In this document: positions 10,446 to 21,455 of the stretch, piece after piece | How positions within the stretch are numbered: position 1 is the stretch's first letter | Layout of the letters: each line of letters starts with the position of its first letter | Assembly (NCBI GenBank): GCA_030141605.1 | Contig: JAQGDQ010001832.1 | Coordinates: 1-23,766 of the forward strand | Length of the DNA stretch: 23,766 nt | Direction: 5' to 3' | From: Tubiluchus corallicola | Taxonomy: Eukaryota; Animalia; Priapulida | The notes under the pieces: generated by a model | Seen by the model: the letters and a program-made list of their open reading frames with translations, nothing else | What the model was told of the DNA's origin: nothing | Database searches by the model: none | Program-made: the position numbers and the translations under genes

Positions 10446-11222
10446 TTTTTCATGCTGTTCATTAACCCTTTTCCACATTCTCATTTGGCGCGACCGTTTC
10501 TAAAAGTGGGATATCACATTTCTAACAATGCTAAATCATTACACATAGTAGTTCTTACAGACAACAGGGACTTTCGCAATTCGTAATATGCAGTTTGAAT
10601 TGAAATTAACTCAGAATCAGAATTCCAAGTTTCTGAAGTGTGAAAGACCCCTGCAAGTGAAATCGTTTGGGAAATCGTAATTTTTTATAAAATCAAGGAA
10701 CTTTAAGACATGAAGTTGTTTCTTTTTCTTTCTCTAAATGCTTAACCAAAATTGACTTATCTTTTGCGTCAGCGCTTACAAAGAGCAGCCAGGTACGTAT
10801 AATACCAAGTATATATGATATTGATTCTGACACGTAAGTCGTTGCTGATCGTTATTCTACGCTATTACCGAGAAAATTCCATTGAAAAACGTCCTTAATA
10901 AGACTGAATATTACAAAGCCACGTTTTTACACTCTGAGTTGAATGTCGCCTAGTTTTTTCCCAGGTAAACTAACTCGTTTTCTCTGACCAGTGGCTGCGT
11001 AACATATAAAGGTCGGTTCGTCCCATAAATCTGACCAGTCAAACAGGTCGTAAAGAGCAGCAGCTGCCAACATCCTGCTTATCTCTACTCTTGATTGCTG
11101 GACACACTTGCCAAAATAATAAAGCACACCTATCAGGTTTCTTTGTTTAATAAGCAAAGCCGACAGTAGATGGCTCTACTGTGTTGGATTCAGAAATAAT
11201 AATTACTTAGTTAACCAAATAA

Positions 11223-14116
11223 ACTCATTTTTGTGTCATCTCATTTTTGTATCATCTCATTTTTGTAGCAACTCATTTTTGTATCATCTCATTTTTGTAT
11301 CATCTCATTTTTGTATCATCTCATTTTTGTAGCAACTAATTTTTGTATCATCTCATTTTTGTATTATCTCATTTTTGTAGCAACTCATTTTTGTATCATC
11401 TCATTTTCGTAGCAACTCATTTTTGTATCATCTCATTTTTGTAGCAACTCATTTTCGTAGCAACTCATTTTTGTATCAACTAATTTTTGTATCATCTCAT
11501 TTTTGTATCATCTCATTTTTGTAGCAACTCATTTTCGTAGCAACTCATTTTTGTATCAACTAATTTTTGTATCATCTCATTTTTGTATCATCTCATTTTT
11601 GTAGCAACTCATTTTTGTAGCATCTCATTTTCGTAGCAACTCATTTTTGTAGCAACTTATTTTTGTAGCATCTCATTTTCGTAGCAACTCATTTTTGTAT
11701 CAACTCATTTTTGTATCATCTCATTTATGTATCATCTCATTTTTGTAGCAACTCACTTTTGTATCATTGTATCATCTCATTTTTGTAGCAACTCACTTTT
11801 GTATCAACTAATTTTTGTATCATCTCATTTTTGTAGCAACTCACTTTTGTATCATCTCATTTTTGTATCATCTCATTTTTGTAGCAACTCATTTTTGTAT
11901 CATCTCATTTTTGTAGCAACTCATTTTTGTATCATCTCATTTTTGTAGCAACTCATTTTCGTAGCAACTCATTTTTGTATCAACTAATTTTTGTATCATC
12001 TCATTTTTGTATCATCTCATTTTTGTAGCAACTCATTTTTGTATCATCTCATTTTCGTAGCAACTCATTTTTGTATCATCTCATTTTTGTAGCAACTCAT
12101 TTTCGTAGCAACTCATTTTTGTATCAACTAATTTTTGTATCATCTCATTTTTGTATCATCTCATTTTTGTAGCAACTCATTTTTGTAGCATCTCATTTTC
12201 GTAGCAACTCATTTTTGTAGCAACTTATTTTTGTAGCATCTCATTTTCGTAGCAACTCATTTTTGTATCAACTCATTTTTGTATCATCTCATTTTTGTAT
12301 CATCTCATTTTTGTAGCAACTCACTTTTGTATCAACTAATTTTTGTATCATCTCATTTTTGTAGCAACTCACTTTTGTATCATCTCATTTTTGTATCATC
12401 TCATTTTTGTAGCAACTCATTTTTGTATCATCTCATTTTTGTAGCAACTCATTTTTGTATCATCTCATTTTTGTAGCAACTCATTTTCGTAGCAACTCAT
12501 TTTTGTATCAACTAATTTTTGTATCATCTCATTTTTGCATCATCTCATTTTTGTAGCAACTCATTTTTGTAGCATCTCATTTTCGTAGCAACTCATTTTT
12601 GTAGCAACTTATTTTTGTAGCATCTCATTTTCGTAGCAACTCATTTTTGTATCAACTCATTTTTGTATCATCTCATTTTTGTATCATCTCATTTTCGTAG
12701 CAACTCATTTTTGTAGCAACTTATTTTTGTAGCATCTCATTTTCGTAGCAACTCATTTTTGTATCAACTCATTTTTGTATCATCTCATTTTTGTATCATC
12801 TCATTTTTGTATCATTTCATTTTTGTATCATCTCATTTTTGTATCATCTGATTTTTGTATCATCTCATTTTTGTAGCATCTCATTTTTGTATCATCTCAT
12901 TTTTGTATCATCTCATTTTTGTAGCAACTCATTTTTGTATCATCTCATTTTTGTATCATCTCATTTTTGTAGCAACTCACTTATGTATCATCTCATTTTT
13001 GTAGCAACTCATTTTTGTATCAACTAATTTTTGTATCATCTCATTTTTGTATCATCTCATTTTTGTAGCAACTCATTTTTGTAGCATCTCATTTTCGTAG
13101 CAACCCATTTTTGTAGCAACTCATTTTTGTAGCAACTCATTTTTGTAGCAACTCATTTTTGTAGCAACTTATTTTTGTATCATCTCATTTTCGTAGCAAC
13201 TCATTTTTGTAGCATCTCATTTTTGTAGCAACTCATTTTTGTATCATCTCATTTTCGTAGCAACTCATTTTTGTAGCATCTCATTTTCGTAGCAACTCAT
13301 TTTTGTAGCAACTCATTTTTGGAGCAACTTATTTTTGTAGCATCTCATTTTTGTAGCAACTCATTTTTGGAGCATCTCATTTTTGTATCATCTCATTTTT
13401 GTATCATCTCATTTTTGTAGCAACTCATTTTTGTAGCATCTCATTTTCGTAGCAACCCATTTTTGTAGCAACTCATTTTTGTAGCAACTCATTTTTGTAG
13501 CAACTCATTTTTGTAGCAACTTATTTTTGTATCATCTCATTTTCGTAGCAACTCATTTTTGTAGCATCTCATTTTTGTAGCAACTCATTTTTGTATCATC
13601 TCATTTTCGTAGCAACTCATTTTTGTAGCATCTCATTTTCGTAGCAACTCATTTTTGTAGCAACTCATTTTTGGAGCAACTTATTTTTGTAGCATCTCAT
13701 TTTTGTAGCAACTCATTTTTGTAGCATCTCATTTTTGTATCATCTCATTTTTGTATCATCTCATTTTTGTAGCAACTCATTTTTGTATCATCTCATTTTT
13801 GTAGCAACTCATTTTTGTAGCATCTCATTTTCGTAGCAACTCATTTTTGTAGCAACTCATTTTTGTAGCAACTCATTTTTGTAGCAACTCATTTTTGTAG
13901 CAACTTATTTTTGTATCATCTCATTTTCGTAGCAACTCATTTTTGTAGCATCTCATTTTTGTAGCAACTCATTTTTGTATCATCTCATTTTCGTAGCAAC
14001 TCATTTTTGTAGCATCTCATTTTCGTAGCAACTCATTTTTGTAGCAACTCATTTTTGTAGCAACTCATTTTTGTATCATCTCATTTTTGTATCATCTCAT
14101 TTTTGTAGCAACTCAT
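11223..14116. repeat. 16-bp tandem array, about 180 units (TCATTTTYGTAKCAWC), with higher-order structure
   Basis: Direct reading; rare variants recur at 352-bp and 528-bp spacing. Confidence 0.98.
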
Positions 14117-14464
14117 CAATGAAAAACTCATTGGTACTACTACACATAACTTAGTGAAACAACAGAAACCAAGTGCAACTAAGAAAGCGTAGGCTATTTT
14201 ACGCTGCTGGTTTACAGAAAATATGCAAAAGAATACGCAAATTTTTTACTTTTTGTAAGGTTTTTACTTTTCTAAATATTACACAGAATGACATACAGGA
14301 CTTTATTAATAATCAGCGAGATTTGATAAATTAATCAAATTTTAAAATTTCTTGTATTTAAATGTTTATCATCTACGTTTCTTCTTTGTTTTTATTGCTG
14401 CGTATTTACTCTGCGACAAAATTTGCTGCCAAATCTTATATTTTCTCGGTAAGTTGATTCACCG

Positions 14465-14535
14465 CAAGTACAGTATAACTTGTCGCACTGACAAGTACAG
14501 CTTTATTATAACTTTCTCGCACTGACAAGTACAGC
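14465..14535. repeat. Short local direct repeat (TATAACTT..TCGCACTGACAAGTACAG, about 2.3 copies)
   Basis: TCGCACTGACAAGTACAGC occurs twice about 35 bp apart, and CAAGTACAG three times. Confidence 0.7.
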
Positions 14536-15198
14536 ACTGATCTCGCGTACACGAAATCTCCTATCGTCATCGGGCAAGTGACATTGTGTAATTCATTCAG
14601 TGCTGCCCCCTTTGTAACAAATTTAAAGTTTATTTACTAGCTGTTATCATTTGTTTACATAAGTATGCATGGGTAAGGTAGTTCATAGATTCAATAATTA
14701 TTAATAAGATCAAAGTTCGTTTTGTTACGGTCAAAACACTATAAGACAATTGCAGCATGTTCTTTCTGGTCATTTCGGCACATAAAAGTTGTACATGTAT
14801 GTATAAGAAGCGAATAAGTCAACGGGCGTTTAGAAAACACGACGTTTTCAACCTGTCCTGTTGATGCGTACTCATTCTTTTTTATTATAATTTTGCATTT
14901 TATTGATTCGCTAAAGCTAGCACCGGCCAGCGTGTCTTAACATAAGAGTAAATAGTTTTGCTTTAGAGAGATATTAAATTTCTCTAAATCTAAATATTAG
15001 CTATTAGTTCCGTTTTCGTTCTGATTAAATAATTTGCACGTGCACACAAGTGTTTCACCAGTGACACGGATTCACGTACCCTACACAAATAAATGATTAT
15101 CTTGTAGATTTACCATATAAAAGTGACGGAAACGCTCGAGAACCCTGAACACAGTACTCTGATTTCCTAACGTTCTGACTTAATTATTACACGGCGTC

Positions 15199-15412
15199 AC
15201 ATAGTTTAACATTTACTTTTCTTCCCCTGATTTACGTTTGCGTAGGTCACGTCATTTAATGGCGAGTTCGGTACAATATTGTGGGAAATTTAAAATGAAA
15301 ACAAACAAAAATTCCTTTTAATGCGAGTACGACAGATGCATAAAATTGCTGTAAAGTCGTATGATTGTTTAAGGCGATTTTTTTTAAACTCATTTCAGGC
15401 ACCCCTTTTCCT
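15199..15412 (+). mobile_element. Dispersed repeat copy 2; probable right end of a TTAA-targeting (Kolobok-like) non-autonomous element
   Basis: Homologous to 1978-2179; ends ...CCCCTTTTCCT|TTAA (TTAA at 15413-15416). No matching left end found. Confidence 0.6.
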
Positions 15413-15592
15413 TTAATGGTAGAAATCACTGCCAATGCGAGTGCAAGGAGGTTAAAATGATGCTGCACGATTCTGACATTAGAGAATCAGCGATCGACGA
15501 ACAATCGGTTGAAAGTTAAATAATCCACTTTTACATCAATGTGCTGAGTACCTGACATTGCTCCAATGTTCTGTTAATTATGCATGTAATTA

Positions 15593-16091
15593 TAGGTTTT
15601 ACACGTCAAATGTAGACACAGGAAAGTTCAAATGTGACTTAGGTAAGCCAAATGTAGACATAGGAATTTCGAATGTGTTTTGGTAACTCAAATGTGACTT
15701 AGGTAAGTCAAATGTAGATGCATTACTTTGAATAAATCGATAATTACGTTATTTAAGTGCAAATTAGAAAAAGATAAACCAAAGATAGTGCATCTATTAG
15801 TAGACCTATAACGTTGTTCTTTTAACTTAAGAGCAATTATTAAATTGAAATTAAAGAAGATTAAATTTAACATCCTTAAACTTTAACACCTATCCACATT
15901 TGAGATACCAATGTCACATTTGACTTGAAATGTGTCTACATTTGACTTACCAAAAGCGCTCAAGATTTGTTGAAAACCATTGTTAACACATTTGAACTAC
16001 CCAAGTCTACATTTGAGTTACCAAGACACATTTGAATTACCTAAATCTACATTTGAGTTAACGCAGGTCTACATTTGACATATAAAACCTA
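15593..16091. mobile_element. Foldback-like MITE with TIRs and subterminal repeats
   Basis: Left (ATTA)TAGGTTTTACACGTCAAATGTAGAC versus reverse complement of right end (ATTA)TAGGTTTTATATGTCAAATGTAGAC. Roughly 20-bp subrepeats CAAATGT(A)GAC on the left and TCTACATTTGA/CACATTTGA on the right flank an AT-rich core. TA on both sides is a possible TSD. Confidence 0.85.
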
Positions 16092-17773
16092 TAATAGACT
16101 TACTATTGCATCGATGCCTCTCCCATGAGCAGAAATATGCGTCAACTTTGCAAGAATATTCTTAATTGAAGCTTTTCGATCGTTTCTCGTTTTTGATAAT
16201 CGAGTGCTCACCATTTTTTCTAGAAAAAAAATTTTGGTGCATTGCTGTTACGAAATCGTTAATTATATTCCCAAAGCGTGCAGCAGTTATCAATGAGAAC
16301 TAGGTTTGCAACTGTGGAACATTTTCCGAGTTTTTAAATTAATAAATAATCACCATTGTTTTGCACAATGAAAATATTAACCAATAGTGTTCAATTCCAA
16401 GAACGATCTTCACCCAGCAAATATGAAGACATTGAAATACAATTCCTTACTTTTTTTTCTGAATAAATGCCTCCATGTTCTCCAATAAATGACATATGTT
16501 TTAAAGATAAAGATGGCTATTATTGTATAAGTTTTTATACGACACCAAGACTGCTAAAAAAGAAATAAATGAATAGAAACGAATAAAACAAATACCATGC
16601 GCAAAATAAGTTAACAGCAAAAATAGGTAACCATTATACTAAAGATCTAAAGAAAAGTTAAGCATGTCAGAATAGGACGGTATTGTTTTATCCACTGAAA
16701 TTGGAAACTATTAATAACTACAGTTACTGTTGTGGTCTAAGATGACATAAATTTCTTTAATCTGTATTATTTATTACAGACTCCTCATTAGTTAACAACA
16801 CTGAAAAGCCATTATCAAATTCCACTGCCAATCTTTCAAATAAACATGGTTAAATCCTGGCCTGTGTAGTTGCCCAATTGATCCCCGCCTTGTTTCCTGA
16901 CTGGAGCAAAACTTTTTCTTCAGTCAGGCGGTAAAATATTGAATGCCTAAAATAATTTCTTATTACACCAGGTATGAGGGAATTTCAACTCCCACGTTCA
17001 ACTGCATGGTGGTAACAGTTGTTGGCCTTGTTCCTTCATTGAACAGAAATGTATATACGTAAGGGGGGTAGGGGGTTGAAATTGCGGGTCTTCTGTAACA
17101 ATTGAGGACGCCACCAAGAACAATAAATACTGTACGCTGCGCTTAGATTACAAACTATTGAAATTCAAATACAATTTTCAGTTACATACAATTTCGAAAC
17201 TAAGATAAGGTACAAGGAAGTTCTGCTACTAGGAAAATGAAAGAACGTGTTTGTAAAAAATGAAATTGAAGTACACTGCTGCTGTAAGACATTCAGTGTG
17301 TTGTACTAAAACTAGGCAAGTTTTGAGATAAAAATTCAATTTGAAATTTACCGCTGTGCTCACAAATGAGCTGTGGAATGTGTGTAGTACCTCACAAACT
17401 AATGCAAAACTAAGGCGAAAGGCAACGTGAAATTGCGTTTGTGTGGTAATAATTCTTTCACATAAGTCATCTTTGAAAAAATAGCATGATTCCTTTCAAC
17501 ATTTTGGACGTACAGTTTAAGATTAGGCCCGGTTTTGCTTCAAGTGCTATTTTTGAACATTATGTGGCCAGTTTAGGCTTTAGAGGTCAACTGAAGCAGT
17601 AACTTTGACCAACAAATAATCACTTATGGTCATTAGATTGCACTACACAAAATGGATAAAACAACTTGCTAAGGAATGGTTTGAGGCTACTTGGGTCCAA
17701 TGTTCGCTCTGGTTGGGTTCATTTGCTATACGAATTTTGCCTACTTATTTCGTGCAGGAGGTTGCATTCACGT

Positions 17774-18614
17774 CTCTGCTGTTCGGCGTCACCTTTTAAA
17801 AGCTTACCATTGATAAGGAGATGGGATTGCCATAAACTCTGCTGTTTGGCGTCACCTTTTAAAGGCTTACCATTGATAAAGAGATAGGACTTACCATAAA
17901 CTCGGCTGTTTGGCGTCACCTTTTAAAGGCTTACCATTGATAAAGAGATAGGACTTACCATAAACTCGGCTGTTTGGCGTCACCTTTTAAAGGCTTACCA
18001 TTGATGAAGAGATAGGACTTGCCATAAACTCTGCTGTTTGGCGTCACCTTTTAAAGGCTTACCATTGATGAAGAGATAGGACTTGCCAAAAACTCTCCTG
18101 TTTGGTGTCACCTTTTAAAGGCTTACACTTGATGAAGAGATAGGACTTGCCATAAACTCTGCTGTTTGGCATCACCTTTTGAAGGCTTACCATTGATAAA
18201 GAGATAGGACTTGCCATAAACTCTGCTGTTTGGCGTCACCTTTTGAAGGCTTACCATTGATAAAGAGATAGGACTTGCCATAAACTCTGCTGTTTGGCGT
18301 CACCTTTTAAAGGCTTACCGTTGATGAAGAGATAGGACTTGCCATAAACTCTGCTGTTTGGCGTCACCTTTTAAAGGTCTACCATTGATAAAGAGATAGG
18401 ACTTGCCATAAACTCTGCTGTTTGACGTCACCTTTTAAAGGCTTACCATTGATGAAGAGATAGGACTTGCCATAAACTCTGCTGTTTGGCGTCACCTTTT
18501 GAAGGCTTACCATTGATGAAGAGATAGGACTTGCCATAAACTCTGCTGTTTGGCGTCACGTTTTAAGGGCTTACCATTGATGAAGAGATAGGACTTGCCA
18601 TAAACTCTGCTGTT
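17774..18614. repeat. 64-bp minisatellite, about 13 units
   Basis: Unit CTCTGCTGTTTGGCGTCACCTTTTAAAGGCTTACCATTGATRAAGAGATAGGACTTGCCATAAA, head to tail with no spacers. Confidence 0.98.
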
Positions 18615-18723
18615 GAATTTTGGATTCTGGCTTGTGGTGTGTCGACATGAGTTGTAGATTTACTGTAGTTTAGGTCAATTTGATGTTAAAATTTATAATG
18701 CCTATTATTTTGTGACTGAATAT

Positions 18724-18786
18724 AAGATGGCGGCTCAAGGCGTTTTGATTATAAAAATGATAAAACTATAATCATGTACGGTAAGT
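18724..18786 (+). promoter_or_regulatory. Possible 5'-UTR exon region of the cGLR gene (YY1-type motif followed by a splice donor)
   Basis: AAGATGGCGGC at 18724-18734 (YY1 consensus) and ACG|GTAAGT donor at 18781. A candidate acceptor taataag| lies 4 nt before ATG 19120. Short motifs only. Confidence 0.3.
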
Positions 18787-19119
18787 TATCGTCAAGGTGA
18801 CACGAAACGAAGTCTCAAACTGTCCATTTAAAACATTGAATAACATGAGTATCATGCTTAGCACGAGAAACGACTGTAATATCTGCTTATCTTTGCAAAC
18901 AAAGCTAGAACTAATAGCCTTGAATCTAGACTGTTTTTGCAAAGGCGTATCAGGCAGTTCAACACAACTTTTATGTTCGTGTAACAAAGTCCATAGTTTG
19001 TATAAAGTGTAAATTCCCAAAAGCTGAGCAGCGTTTTTCTTTGACAGTAAGAGGTGCGTATAACGAGGAGGTTAGTCAAGATCGTTTTACGTTGTTTTAA
19101 CGTGTTATTAATAAGTCAA

Positions 19120-19654
19120 ATGGCAAGGCAAGGCGCTAGTATACATGATCGTTATTACCATGAAAGAGTTCAGCTTAATAGAACGGACACCAAGAACGCA
19201 GTTGCAGTTGTCATTCCAACTATTCGTCATCTCCTGGAAGAGATTAATAAATTAGATCCACGGTTTAGCGCCCAATTTAAACCACAAGGCTCATATTTTC
19301 AGAACCTAAAAGTGGAAAAAGCTGACGAGTTTGATATTGGAGTAGAACTGGTTGATTTGGGGACAGTTACGTGTGATCAACAACGTACCAGAAACTACGG
19401 TCTAAACTCTCCTAGCACTGATGATTCTGTAAGGCCAGATAAACCAAAACCTGGTGATGCGTTTGTACAAAGCTCAGTGCCAAACAAGAGAACTTGGTGG
19501 AAAGATAAAAGTGAAAGCAAATTTCCAGGCGATCTTGAAACCTGGGACCTTCATTTTGAAGGAGACTTAATTCCCTCTCTTGTAAGACGGCGCTTAAAAG
19601 TACTACTAGACTACGCTGTATCGAAACTTCCTAGGTTACCAGCTGGTTTACCAG
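19120..19654 (+). CDS. cGAS-like receptor (cGLR / Mab21-family nucleotidyltransferase), first coding exon
   Basis: Reads MARQGASIHDRYYHERVQL...(spine helix)...QGSYFQNLKVEKADEFDI, i.e. the G[G/S]x9-13[E/D]h[E/D]h NTase signature (human cGAS TGSYYEHVKISAPNEFDV). Donor CCAG|gtaaaa at 19655, phase 1. The ORF track overshoots at both ends. Confidence 0.9.
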
Positions 19655-19699
19655 GTAAAAAAGTGTTTTTATGTTTTTATCACACCAGTTTCAGAAAGA

Positions 19700-20128
19700 A
19701 CAATCGTGATAATCAGATTTATAACTGTGATAATCAGGTTTATAATATTCGTGATAATCTGATTTATAACAATTGTGACAATAGAGTTATAACAACTGTG
19801 ATAATCAGGTTTATAACATTTGTGACAATCAGATTTATAACAACTGTGATAATCAGGTCTATAACATTTGTGACAATCAGATTTATAACAACTGTGATAA
19901 TCAGATTTATAACGAGTGTGATAATCAGGTTTATAACGACTGTGATAATCAGGTTTATAACGACTGTGATAATCAGTTTCATAACAATTGTGACAATCAG
20001 ATTTGTAACAACTGTGATAATCAGATTTATAACAATTGTGACAATTAGGTTTATAATAACTGTGATAATCAGATTGAAAACATTTGTGACAATCAGATTT
20101 ATAACAATTGTCACAAACAGATTTATAA
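19700..20128. repeat. 24-bp minisatellite (first units 21 bp), about 18 units, in cGLR intron
   Basis: Unit TGTGAYAATCAGRTTTATAACAAY; 8-aa periodicity in the ORF track. Confidence 0.96.
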
Positions 20129-20502
20129 GGAGAATCCCATGAGGGTTTCCATATGGATGGGTTTTTGAAAACACAATTATGCATTTATTTGTTTATTGAC
20201 TTGCTTGCTTTTGAATGAAAATGCCTTTCCCAACAGACGGAGCACAACTATAAAGGCAATATCAAAAATCCTGGGCTACTGTACAAATTTGACGAACTGG
20301 GTTATGACAAAAAGCATTTTGTACTGAATCATCTTAGAGCGTTAATCTGGAATCTAGAACAAACAAAATACGTGACAAGCAAATATATATTTGCTTTTCT
20401 CCGTGATGAATTGTTTGAAAAATTTGATTGATCGTTGCGCAAGAAATAAAATTACTGACACTGCCATAATTTTTCCATGTTACTAATATATTTTTTTAAC
20501 AG

Positions 20503-20697
20503 AAGTTTATGTGAACAGAGTCCCAACTGGCCCAGCTATTACTACAATAATAAAATCAACGAAATATGAGGTTAGTGTGGATTTTGTAGCCGTGATTACT
20601 GCTCCAGTTAAAATTGTCAATGGATCTGGAGATCCTATAGTAGTGAGAGACATTTCCTGGGTTGACTATGAGAAAAACCAGAAAATCAAATCTGCAG
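20503..20697 (+). CDS. cGAS-like receptor, second coding exon (third catalytic Asp)
   Basis: Acceptor tttttttaacag|, donor GCAG|gtgagc; phase 1 to 1, in frame with the preceding exon. Reads (E)VYVNRVPTGPAITTIIKSTKYEVSVDFVAVI...SWVDYEKNQKIKSA; GPAITT...VSVDFV matches cGAS SPAVTL...ISVDIT. Confidence 0.88.
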
Positions 20698-20703
20698 GTG
20701 AGC

Positions 20704-21455
20704 GAACTTTGCTTGTAAAATGTTTCATAAATTAACAAAATGTTCGTGCGTAAAATGTTTCGTAAATTAACAAACTGTTTGTGTGTAAAATGTTCCATGA
20801 ATTAAAGAACTGTTTGTGTGTAAAATGTTTCATAAATTAACAAACTGCTTGTGTGTAAAATGTTTCATAAATTAAAGAATTGTTCGTGCGTAAAATGTTT
20901 CGTAAATTAACAAACTGTTTGTGTGTAAAATGTTCCATGAATTAAAGAACTGTTCGTGCGTAAGTAAAACGTTTCATAAATTAAAGAACTGTTTGTGAGT
21001 AAAATGTTTCATAAATTAACAAACAGCTTGTGTGTAAAATATTTCATAAATTAAAGAACTTTTTGTGCATAAGCAAAAACGTTTCATAAATTAAAGAACT
21101 GTTTGTGTGTAAAATGTTTCATAAATTAAAGAACTGTTTGTGCGTAAAATGTTTCGTAAATTAATGAACTGTTTGCGTGTAAAATGTTTCATAAATTAAA
21201 GAACTGTTTGTGCGTAAAATGTTTCATAAATTAACAAACTGTTTGTGTGTAAAATGTTTCATAAATTAAAGAACTGTTTGTGTGTAAAATGTTTCATAAA
21301 TTAAGGAACTGCTTGTGTGTAAAATGTTTCATAAATTAACAAACTGCTTGTGTGTAAAATGTTTCATAAATTAACAAACTGCTTGTGTGTAAAATGTTTC
21401 ATAAATTAATGAACTGTTTGTGCGTAAAATGTTTCATAAATTAACGAACTGTTTG
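20704..21455. repeat. 35-bp minisatellite, about 21 units, in cGLR intron
   Basis: Unit GTAAAATGTTTCATAAATTAA(CA/AG)AACTGTTTGTGT. Confidence 0.97.

Noticed and set aside
10144-10586. Poly-Ile/Tyr/His/Met ORFs
   Set aside because: Translations of the (AAT)n/(GAT)n microsatellite.
10927-11157. 76-aa ORF with WSD...FIC resembling a C-type lectin end
   Set aside because: Lacks the required cysteines and a compatible donor; no partner exons.
11727-13027. Hydrophobic Cys/His/Phe ORFs
   Set aside because: Translations of the 16-bp array.
17774-18614. CRISPR array (also considered for the 52-, 35- and 16-bp arrays)
   Set aside because: Units are contiguous with no unique spacers, no cas genes, and the context is eukaryotic.
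19054-20184. 362-aa single-exon protein and the 171/136-aa antisense ORFs
   Set aside because: The GTG start is not expected in a eukaryote, homology resumes only after splicing to 20503, and the tail and antisense frames are minisatellite translations.
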